In this document: positions 38,598 to 46,427 of the stretch, piece after piece
How positions within the stretch are numbered: position 1 is the first letter of the stretch
How the letters are laid out: every line of letters starts with the position of its first letter
DNA from: an uncultured Clostridia bacterium
Lineage (GTDB): Bacteria; Bacillota; Clostridia; TANB77; CAG-508
NCBI GenBank assembly: GCA_934133005.1
Contig: CAKPAI010000001.1
Span: 298,769-362,768 of the forward strand
Reading direction: 5' to 3'
DNA: 64,000 bases
Position numbers and translations under genes: made by a program
The notes under the pieces: generated by a model
The model's input: the letters and a program-made list of their open reading frames with translations, nothing else
The model's database searches: none
What the model was told of the DNA's origin: nothing

Positions 38598-38610
38598 TTC
38601 GGGTTATGAG
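38598..38610 (+). repeat. att-core-like repeat copy 3 (TTCGGGTTATGAG, 13 bp; 14 with following A)
   Basis: Identity with the 3' 13 nt of the 17-bp core at 1821 and 23421. ~80 bp to the right of G2 repeat, mirroring the core-to-G1 spacing at the other end. Confidence 0.5.
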
Positions 38611-38702
38611 ATTTCATAAAACAAATTTAAATACTAACATAATATCTTGAAAATATAAGAAATATGTTATAATCAAAGTTAAATTACTAAAAAAAAAGCA
38701 CA

Positions 38703-39308
38703 CTAACTATTGCTTTTTCCACTTGTAGCTATCGTATAAGCTAGTAAAACTAATATAATTTGATATAGTATTATATTTACTCCAAAATTAATTATATTCG
38801 GTATCTTTACACAAACAAATCCTAATAATCCAGCTATTGCAAAGCATAATATTCCAGAAAAAACATTATTAAGAGTAAGTCTTTTTCCTTTATTTTTATC
38901 TTTAGAAAATGGCATTATTATTCCAACTAGAATAAATAACCATGAGCCTGCTAAAAATTTTACAATATTCCTTCCTTTATTAGTTTCCTTTTGAAAAATA
39001 TTATTTGCATAATTATTACTTTGATTATTCATATCTTCTAAAATACTATTATATTCATCTTCTATTCTTTGGTCTTTTTTTATTTTATTTCCGTCTATAC
39101 TAACTATTTTTTGAATTATTTCTATTCTTTTATTTGCTCTATTATAATATAAAAAATTTGCATCAATAATTGGATATAATACTATAGCTAACATTATTAA
39201 AACAATAAAAATCCATGCAATAGTTTTAAATCCTTTCTTCTCATTTATTAATTTTTCAAATAATTTGCTAAACATCTCCTTCATTTCATCATCCCCATAT
39301 TTTATCAT
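38703..39308 (-). CDS. Hypothetical multi-pass membrane protein
   Basis: 201 aa with at least four hydrophobic helices. No motif. Confidence 0.45.
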   Translation of the reverse strand: MIKYGDDEMKEMFSKLFEKLINEKKGFKTIAWIFIVLIMLAIVLYPIIDANFLYYNRANKRIEIIQKIVSIDGNKIKKDQRIEDEYNSILEDMNNQSNNYANNIFQKETNKGRNIVKFLAGSWLFILVGIIMPFSKDKNKGKRLTLNNVFSGILCFAIAGLLGFVCVKIPNIINFGVNIILYQIILVLLAYTIATSGKSNS

Positions 39309-39323
39309 TATCTATTACAATTA

Positions 39324-39707
39324 TTACTCTTTATACTCCCACAACCCCAATTTTCCTTTTGTTTCTATTTGCTTATCAAATACTTCTACATTTTCTAACT
39401 TCCATCCATAATTTTCTTTAAAAGAAGAGTCTGTGTATATATCTTTATTTTCTTTTAATAAAATTTCCTTAAATTCTGTTGACATTTCTATACAATCAAC
39501 TAATTTAACTTTTCCTAATATTTTTTCTGATGGTAAGTCCTCCGGAATATATTTTGATAATCTTTTCATTGCTTCTTTATCTATTCCTTTACCTGCATGT
39601 ATTAGTAATTCTCCTCTATAATTAGTTTTCCAACTTCTAAATTCAAGCCTTTTATCTCCTTGCATTATTAATGTTGCCCAAGGTTGTTTTATTGTTAATA
39701 CCTTCAC
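39324..39707 (-). CDS. ASCH-domain protein
   Basis: MKVLTIKQPWATLIMQGDKRLEFRSWKTNYRGELLIH. The IKQPWA...G.K..E.R start is typical of ASCH. Confidence 0.6.
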   Translation of the reverse strand: MKVLTIKQPWATLIMQGDKRLEFRSWKTNYRGELLIHAGKGIDKEAMKRLSKYIPEDLPSEKILGKVKLVDCIEMSTEFKEILLKENKDIYTDSSFKENYGWKLENVEVFDKQIETKGKLGLWEYKE

Positions 39708-39837
39708 AAATTTTCTCCTTATTTATAACTTTGCTTTTTTCCCTCACACAAAATTCTAATGGCATTCCCATTGCATCTCCTACAACTAATCCAATTATTC
39801 CATTCTTCGAGTCAATTAACCTATTATTTTCTTTCAC
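39652..39837 (-). pseudogene. Possible remnant of ADP-ribosylglycohydrolase N-terminus (61-aa ORF overlapping ASCH gene)
   Basis: NGIIGLVVGDAMGMPLEF resembles the conserved G.LLG.AVGDALG.PVEF start of the ADP-ribosylglycohydrolase family. ORF is too short and overlaps the neighbouring gene. Confidence 0.25.
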
Positions 39838-40256
39838 TATATCACCACTCCATTTGTATGATCAATTTCATGCTGGATTATTTCAGCAACAAATCCTGAA
39901 AATTTTTCATGCTTTTTGTTAAAATTTATATCCAAATAGTCTACTTCAATCTCTTGGTATCTTGTACATTTTCTTTCACCAATTAGTGACAAGCAGCCTT
40001 CTTTTGTTTGATATTCGTCTTTTTTATTTGTAATAATGGGATTTATCATTACAAAATCATATAATCCAGCAGATACACAAATTACTGCCTTGTTATAGCC
40101 TATCATATTCGCAGCAAGACCTACACATCTATCTTTATTAGCATTAAGTGTGTCTAATAAATCATTTGCAATGAATTTATCTTTTTCTGTTACTTTTTCT
40201 GCTTTTTTTGATAAAAACATTACATCTTTTACAATATTTCTTACCATATAACTCAC
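39837..40256 (-). CDS. def: Peptide deformylase
   Basis: GLAANMIGYNKAVI (GxGxAAxQ-like), EGCLSLIGE (EGCLS), IQHEIDHTNG (QHExDH) motifs. Confidence 0.85.
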   Translation of the reverse strand: MSYMVRNIVKDVMFLSKKAEKVTEKDKFIANDLLDTLNANKDRCVGLAANMIGYNKAVICVSAGLYDFVMINPIITNKKDEYQTKEGCLSLIGERKCTRYQEIEVDYLDINFNKKHEKFSGFVAEIIQHEIDHTNGVVI

Positions 40257-40311
40257 CTTACCTAAAAATTATATCAAATTCAAATAATACTATAAAATTT
40301 TTAAGAACTTC

Positions 40312-40851
40312 TTACTTCATTTCATATTTTTGTAAAACATTTCCGTCAACATCTTTTAATATTATCTTATTTTCATCAATTACACTATAGCTATGTGCAG
40401 AATTACACTTTGGAAGTGAAATAGAGCCTGGATTTGCAAAAACAAATCCTTCTTTTTCTTGAATAAATCCTTGATGAATATGACCATACATCATAACATC
40501 AAAATCATCATATGGAATATTCTCAATATTATATTTATGTCCATGTGTAAAGTAAAACTTCTTTCCATTTATATCCATTATTATATGGTCATTAAATTTG
40601 AACTCTGATATCATCTCATCTACTTCTGCATCACAGTTTCCTCTAATTACTAATAATTTTTCTTTCATTTCATTTAGTATTTTAGCAACTCTCATTGGTT
40701 CATACTCTTGACTTAATTCATTTCTTGGTCCATGATAATACAAATCACCTAATAACACTATCTTATCTGGATTTTCTTTCTCCACTATCTCTTTTATTTT
40801 TTCTGTATAATAACCTGATCCATGTATATCTGATATAACTACTACTTTCAT
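40312..40851 (-). CDS. Metallophosphoesterase (YfcE-like phosphodiesterase)
   Basis: VVVISDIHGS, LGDLYYHGPRN, GNCD, GHIHQ calcineurin-like phosphoesterase motifs. Confidence 0.75.
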   Translation of the reverse strand: MKVVVISDIHGSGYYTEKIKEIVEKENPDKIVLLGDLYYHGPRNELSQEYEPMRVAKILNEMKEKLLVIRGNCDAEVDEMISEFKFNDHIIMDINGKKFYFTHGHKYNIENIPYDDFDVMMYGHIHQGFIQEKEGFVFANPGSISLPKCNSAHSYSVIDENKIILKDVDGNVLQKYEMK

Positions 40852-40886
40852 ATTAAAATTTCTCCTTTTCTTAGTATTATAATATT

Positions 40887-41441
40887 TTATTTAGCTAAAA
40901 TTTTAAACATATTATCAAAATACTCTAATATTTCTCTTACATATTTTTCTTCTTTTAAATTCATCTGTTCTAGTTCTTTTAATTGTTCCTTAGAGTACTT
41001 TTTTCTATCTGCTTTTTCAATTATATAATGTACAAAAGCTTCAGAGAATACATCAGCAAATTCGTTTGATTTACAATTAATATCTTTATTTACTTCGCTC
41101 TCACCTAATAATTCTTCATATATTTCCATGAACTTTTTCAAAAACTCTTTATAATTTTTTATTAAGAAATCATTTAATACTAATCCAAATTGTTTTAAGA
41201 TAATTTCTTCCTTGCATCTTTCAAATGATTTGTTCAATAAGTACACAAAAAATTCTCCACTTTCCCTTTCATATTTTATTGTAGCTTTATTTTCATTTAC
41301 CACAAACTTTATTTCAATTTCATTTTTTTCTAGTACATCAAAAAGTTCACATTCTTCCTTGATAATATTTTCTACTTTTATAATATCTTCTTTATTTATA
41401 ATATATTTTTCTTCGTTACAATTCTTTATTTTTTCTTTCAT
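40887..41441 (-). CDS. Hypothetical protein (184 aa, acidic/helical)
   Basis: Clean ORF with no motif. Confidence 0.4.
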   Translation of the reverse strand: MKEKIKNCNEEKYIINKEDIIKVENIIKEECELFDVLEKNEIEIKFVVNENKATIKYERESGEFFVYLLNKSFERCKEEIILKQFGLVLNDFLIKNYKEFLKKFMEIYEELLGESEVNKDINCKSNEFADVFSEAFVHYIIEKADRKKYSKEQLKELEQMNLKEEKYVREILEYFDNMFKILAK

Positions 41442-41638
41442 TTTCTACCTCATAAATTTCTTAATTCTCCTAAATTTTATTATCTTTCGAGCCTAAAGTC
41501 AATATTATATTTTGTACCAAAATAAAGTATGATTAATCTAGATAGTTTTTTACTAAATTTAATCATACTTTATCTTAATTACTTTAAATTTTTTTATAAA
41601 ACTTCCATTTAATCGCCCGTCCGACTCGCCACATGAAT

Positions 41639-42163
41639 TTATCCTAAAATTTTTAGTGCCATTTCAAAATCTTCTTTATCAAAATTTACAGATTGTACAA
41701 TTTCTTTTTCTTCATACATCTTAATAAATTTATCAATATTAACCCACATAAATTCAGTAGCTTCACCATCTGGCAAACTAATTTCTTCATTTTTTATATC
41801 TCTTCTAAATACCCAAACATCTTTAAAATCAGATAATCTTGCCCTATCTTTTTTTCTCTTAATTTCTTTTAAGAAATGTGCTTCTTCTCTTTTAAATGTA
41901 ATTCCCAATTCTTCTTTTATCTCTCGTAGCATTCCATCTAAACTTTTTTCTCCAGCAAGTACAGAACCACCACAACATTCCCACATGCCACCATATATCT
42001 TATTTTTAGCTCGTTTATCTAATAGAATCTCATCATTCATATTTAAAATAATAGCAGTTACAACTATGTGATATTCTCCATCTTTAAATTGATAAACTCC
42101 TCTTTGTGCAGTTCTTCCTGTCTTATTTCTATTTTCATCATATATATCCCAAAATTCACTCAT
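41639..42163 (-). CDS. Nudix hydrolase
   Basis: Nudix box CCGGSVLAGEKSLDGMLREIKEELGI. Confidence 0.8.
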   Translation of the reverse strand: MSEFWDIYDENRNKTGRTAQRGVYQFKDGEYHIVVTAIILNMNDEILLDKRAKNKIYGGMWECCGGSVLAGEKSLDGMLREIKEELGITFKREEAHFLKEIKRKKDRARLSDFKDVWVFRRDIKNEEISLPDGEATEFMWVNIDKFIKMYEEKEIVQSVNFDKEDFEMALKILG

Positions 42164-42267
42164 ATTTTTTCCATATAATACAGCTTTAACAACAAAATTT
42201 ATTGAAGTTGACTATTGTTAGAACGTATCTACTCTCCTTTTTCCCTAGTTTTCCACAATTATATCAC

Positions 42268-43479
42268 TTAATGTGTGAATTTTACAATAAAATGAATCAT
42301 ATCTTTATCCGTTTTCACATCTATTTTAGCATTATTATTTTTTACAATTGCAGCAGCCATAGAAAGTCCTATTCCATACCCTCCAAGTTCTCTACTTCTA
42401 GAAGTTTCTCCTCTATAAAATCTCTCAAACAACCTATTACATTCTGTTCCATCTAAATTTTCGTATGAATTTGATATTTCTAATACAGTATCCTTATTTT
42501 TTCTACATAAATCTACATTTATTTTTCCACCATCAGTTACATATTTGACTGCATTATCTAGCAAAATAGTTACTAATTCATAAATTTCATCATTTTTAGC
42601 TTCTACAATTATATTATCATCTATATTCGTATTTATTTCACTATTCTTAGACATAACTTTAAAATCATTACTAAGATTTTTTACCATATCACTAAGATTT
42701 ACCTCTTGACATTTTTCCTTTTTCTTTTTTTGCTCATCCATTCTAGCTAAACTTAACAATCTTTTTATGAGCACATCCAATCTCTTTGCTTGATTTTTTA
42801 TACTTTTTACCCATTCATCATCCTTTCCATTTTTCATTTCAAGCACTTCTGCATTTGCTAAGATAATTGCAACCGGCGTCTTTAATTCATGACCAGCATT
42901 TGTTACAAATTCTTTTTGCTGTTCTAAATTTGCAATAACATGCTTAATAATTCTTTTTGAAATAGCACTAAGTAACGCAAATACTATAACTAATGCCCCT
43001 CCAGCAACTTCACATGAATACAGTGCTAAAGTTTTTGCTTCTCTAATATATATAGTTGCATCAATTAGTACTATTAATCTTTCTTCTTCCTTTTGAACAA
43101 CTAAATATTTATAGTTTTTATAATAAGCACTATCTTTTCCTGACTCTTCAATTTTATTTGCAATCTCTTCCAAATTCTCATCATTAACAGCTATTATATG
43201 ATCCAAATTTGAAGCTGTTATTTTTCCTTCTTCATCTATCTCAATCCAAAAATACCTAATAGAATGTTCGGTTTCTTCAGTTAATATATCTGGTCTAAAA
43301 TTTTTTTGGTAACTCGGAAATTTTCCATTATTATCTGCAATCAACTTTAATAAAAAATCTAATTGTTCATTCTTTTTTACATAACTTGATACATTTATTA
43401 TAAGCAATATCCCAATTGTAACAACCGTAATTGAAAGCATTGCCATTGCCACAAGTTTTTTTTGCAATTTTTTTAGCAT
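42268..43479 (-). CDS. Sensor histidine kinase (two-component system)
   Basis: N-terminal TM, H-box NAGHELKTPVAIILANAEVLE, HATPase region with DNAVKY and GGYGIGLS (G2 box). Confidence 0.85.
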   Translation of the reverse strand: MLKKLQKKLVAMAMLSITVVTIGILLIINVSSYVKKNEQLDFLLKLIADNNGKFPSYQKNFRPDILTEETEHSIRYFWIEIDEEGKITASNLDHIIAVNDENLEEIANKIEESGKDSAYYKNYKYLVVQKEEERLIVLIDATIYIREAKTLALYSCEVAGGALVIVFALLSAISKRIIKHVIANLEQQKEFVTNAGHELKTPVAIILANAEVLEMKNGKDDEWVKSIKNQAKRLDVLIKRLLSLARMDEQKKKKEKCQEVNLSDMVKNLSNDFKVMSKNSEINTNIDDNIIVEAKNDEIYELVTILLDNAVKYVTDGGKINVDLCRKNKDTVLEISNSYENLDGTECNRLFERFYRGETSRSRELGGYGIGLSMAAAIVKNNNAKIDVKTDKDMIHFIVKFTH

Positions 43480-43488
43480 TTTTATCTC

Positions 43489-44154
43489 CTACTTTACTAC
43501 TATACTTTCAAGTACATACCCATTGTTATTTACAATTTGCACATTAGCACCTAAGGCCTCAAATTTATTTTGCAAATATGATATGTACATTGGTACTATT
43601 TTTATATTTTCATCTTTTCCCCATATACGGTTCTTTATTTCTTTTTCCCCAATTTTTTCAGACTGATTTCCCACCAAAAGTTCCATAAGTTCACTCTCCT
43701 TACTATTTAAATGAAATGATGCTTTATCAGAATATAATTCATTTTCTTCTTTATCTAAAGTTACATTTCCTATTTTTATTTTTTTAGTTCTGTTTTCATT
43801 TTTTCTAACTAGTGCTCTTATTCTTGCAAGAAGTTCATCTTTTTCAAACGGCTTTGTTAAATAGTCGTCAGCTCCTTTATCTAATCCTTCAACTTTATCC
43901 TCTGTTTCTGCTTTTGCAGTTAGCATTAGAATTGGAGTATTTATATTCTTTTTTCTGAGTTCTTCTACAACTTCTATTCCAGTCATTTTAGGCATCATTA
44001 CATCTAATATCAATATATCAAATTTTTCATTTTCTGCTATTTTTAGAGCTTCTTCACCGTTATTTGCAATTTTTACTTCATATTCACTATACTTTAAGAT
44101 TGCTCCTAATGCTCTTGTTAAATCAATTTCATCATCTGCAATTAAAACTTTCAT
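43489..44154 (-). CDS. OmpR-family response regulator
   Basis: Receiver MKVLIADDE...ILILDVMMPKMTGIEV...LTAK. C-terminal winged-helix region. 221 aa. Confidence 0.85.
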   Translation of the reverse strand: MKVLIADDEIDLTRALGAILKYSEYEVKIANNGEEALKIAENEKFDILILDVMMPKMTGIEVVEELRKKNINTPILMLTAKAETEDKVEGLDKGADDYLTKPFEKDELLARIRALVRKNENRTKKIKIGNVTLDKEENELYSDKASFHLNSKESELMELLVGNQSEKIGEKEIKNRIWGKDENIKIVPMYISYLQNKFEALGANVQIVNNNGYVLESIVVK

Positions 44155-44756
44155 TGTTTTCCTCCTATCATATTTCTTATAGTTTGCATATTTAAATCTG
44201 TTGTTGCCATATCATCTGCACATCTTCTTAATTCTTTTTCTATCAATTTTTGATTTTCTATATTTTTCTTATATTTTAATTCATGTTCTAAACTTGCCCA
44301 ACAATCCATTGCAATTGTCCTAATTTGAATTTCACATCTTACTTTGTGAATTTCTCCAATTATATCTAGGTCCATCTCTAAATTTATATGATAGCTTCTA
44401 TATCCATTTTGCTTTGGATTTTTTATATAATCTTTCTCATTTAATATTTTGATTCCAGAATATTTTTTTATAAGTTCTACAATCACATAAATATCATCTA
44501 TATAAGAACAAATAATTCTCACTCCAACACCATCATTTATTCTTTCTAATGCATTTTCTAGTGTCACTTCGATCCCTTTTCTTTTAAGTTTCTCTTTCAT
44601 ACTTTCTTCAGATTTTACTCTGCTTGTAACATATGCAATCGGATCTCTATATCCTTGTGCAATTCTATATCTTCTCATTATATCAATTCTTGATGTTAGC
44701 TCACATACGGCCCCTTCTAACACAACGATCGAATCTTTATAAAATGTATTTTCCAT
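44151..44756 (-). CDS. Small alarmone synthetase (RelA/SpoT-synthetase-domain only; RelP/RelQ-like GTP pyrophosphokinase), co-operonic with TCS
   Basis: GVRIICSY...YRSYHINLE...VRCEIQIRTIAMDCWASLEHELKYK matches the (p)ppGpp synthetase domain. Stop overlaps RR start, the relPRS-like arrangement known from streptococci. Confidence 0.75.
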   Translation of the reverse strand: MENTFYKDSIVVLEGAVCELTSRIDIMRRYRIAQGYRDPIAYVTSRVKSEESMKEKLKRKGIEVTLENALERINDGVGVRIICSYIDDIYVIVELIKKYSGIKILNEKDYIKNPKQNGYRSYHINLEMDLDIIGEIHKVRCEIQIRTIAMDCWASLEHELKYKKNIENQKLIEKELRRCADDMATTDLNMQTIRNMIGGKQ

Positions 44757-44862
44757 GTTAAATTTGTATAATCCTTTCTACATAAGATTGATTAAGATTA
44801 TATATTTTCTTTATGTTCTTTATATGAATTTTCAACAAAAAAATAGTAACCACATTTAGTGA

Positions 44863-45447
44863 TTACTTTATTTCTGATTTTCCAAGTTCTCTATAAACTT
44901 CTCCCCAATTGTAAACTGTTTTTAAACACTTGCTTTCTGGAAGTTCAAAGCTTTCTGCTCCTTTGAAATACATTGTTTTTACGCCTATACTTGATACTTT
45001 CTTGCAATTATCTGTAGAATCATCAATCATTACATCAATATTTTCTTCCTTGCAAACCTCAGCTTTATCTATAGCTCTATAAATATACTTATCAAATAAA
45101 TCTAAACCATTCTTCTTAATTGCTTTATTTGATACTTCTATAATTTCAGGATTCTCAATTCCTCTTGCTGTTATTACAACAAGTTCGTTACCTTCATTTT
45201 TTAACATTTGCAGAACCAACTTTGCACCAGGCATTACATTGGATTTTTCTACAACTTCATCTATAATTTTTTCAAAGAATTCGTCACTCTGCTCTTTACT
45301 CCAAGCAAATCTTTTTTCAAACAACATTTCTCGATTGTCAATTTTACTATTCTGTTTAAGCTCTAGCATATCATACAATTCTGATAATATTCTAAACTCT
45401 TTTTCTGAATCGAATACAACGCCGTCTAAGTCAACACCTATTCTCAT
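44863..45447 (-). CDS. HAD-superfamily 5'(3')-deoxyribonucleotidase-like hydrolase
   Basis: N-terminal MRIGVDLDGVVFD (DxDGV HAD motif I). Confidence 0.6.
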   Translation of the reverse strand: MRIGVDLDGVVFDSEKEFRILSELYDMLELKQNSKIDNREMLFEKRFAWSKEQSDEFFEKIIDEVVEKSNVMPGAKLVLQMLKNEGNELVVITARGIENPEIIEVSNKAIKKNGLDLFDKYIYRAIDKAEVCKEENIDVMIDDSTDNCKKVSSIGVKTMYFKGAESFELPESKCLKTVYNWGEVYRELGKSEIK

Positions 45448-45461
45448 TATCTGCTCCTTTC

Positions 45462-46295
45462 TTATCTATATCTTATTACTCTATATTGAATTTTTAATAA
45501 AATTTTAAATACCGAATTATTAAGTGGATAACTTCTATGTAATGCATAGATATTTAATGTATCACTCATATTTATTCGATTATCAGTTAAATTTTGAACG
45601 TATCCTAAACTCTTTAATGTATTTAATTCATCTTCAGTATATAATCCATAAGGATATGTAAATACTTTTAGCAAATCATCTTTTTCCAAATTCTTTTTTA
45701 AATTTTCATAAGCTATATTTGTTTTTTCTACCAAAGTTTCAGTTGGAAGTTTATCATACTCTAAATGTTCTAATCCATGTGAATATATTGAAATAAGTCC
45801 GCTATCAGACATTTCTTTTGCCTCGTCCCAAGTATAATATCCAGGTATTCCTACACAATCATCAATTAAAAATGATGTCATTGGAATATTATATTTTTTA
45901 GCTATTTCATAAGCATATTTGTAAACACCTGTGTAACCATCATCAAATGTTATTAAAAAGCTCCACTTTGAAATTGCTTTTTCACCATTATAATAATCAA
46001 CTAAATCTTGATATGAAATTGGAACATATCCTAAATTCATAAGTCCTGTAATTTGTTCTTCAAATCTTTTTGCAGTTGTTTGCATATAATCAAACTCAAT
46101 TTGTGATTCATCTTCTACAAGATCATGGTACACAAAAATTGGTATTTGAAGTGTCTTTTCACTTCTATAATATGTATTATGAACAGTTGCAACTTCATAA
46201 ATTACAAATGTTATAATTGCTACAATAATAATTGAAATTATTGAAAGCAGAGTTCTTTTTAAAATTTTATTATTTTTTTCCATTTTCCCCAACAT
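45462..46295 (-). CDS. Polysaccharide deacetylase (NodB-homology) with N-terminal TM anchor
   Basis: ITFDDGYTGVY (TFDDG motif), N-terminal hydrophobic helix. Confidence 0.75.
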   Translation of the reverse strand: MLGKMEKNNKILKRTLLSIISIIIVAIITFVIYEVATVHNTYYRSEKTLQIPIFVYHDLVEDESQIEFDYMQTTAKRFEEQITGLMNLGYVPISYQDLVDYYNGEKAISKWSFLITFDDGYTGVYKYAYEIAKKYNIPMTSFLIDDCVGIPGYYTWDEAKEMSDSGLISIYSHGLEHLEYDKLPTETLVEKTNIAYENLKKNLEKDDLLKVFTYPYGLYTEDELNTLKSLGYVQNLTDNRINMSDTLNIYALHRSYPLNNSVFKILLKIQYRVIRYR

Positions 46296-46427
46296 TCCTT
46301 TCTTTCAAGGAATAAAATTTGATTAAATATATTGTATTTTACAACTATTTTTCAAACTTTTCCCTTTTATTTTCATATTAGTGTTCAAAGAGGTCACTCA
46401 AAAATTTTGTGGCCTCTTTTGTTTTAA

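Larger units (their letters stand above)
23421..38610. mobile_element. Integrative mobilizable element 2 (~15.2 kb by repeat evidence; minimal version 23437-~35130): KAP NTPase, primase-helicase, MobC, relaxase, integrase; possibly DUF523/Nudix/MBL cargo
   Basis: Core-like repeat and G-rich repeat present at both ends (23421-23576 and 38494-38610). MobC+relaxase+oriT-like repeats. Tyrosine integrase. Confidence 0.5.
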
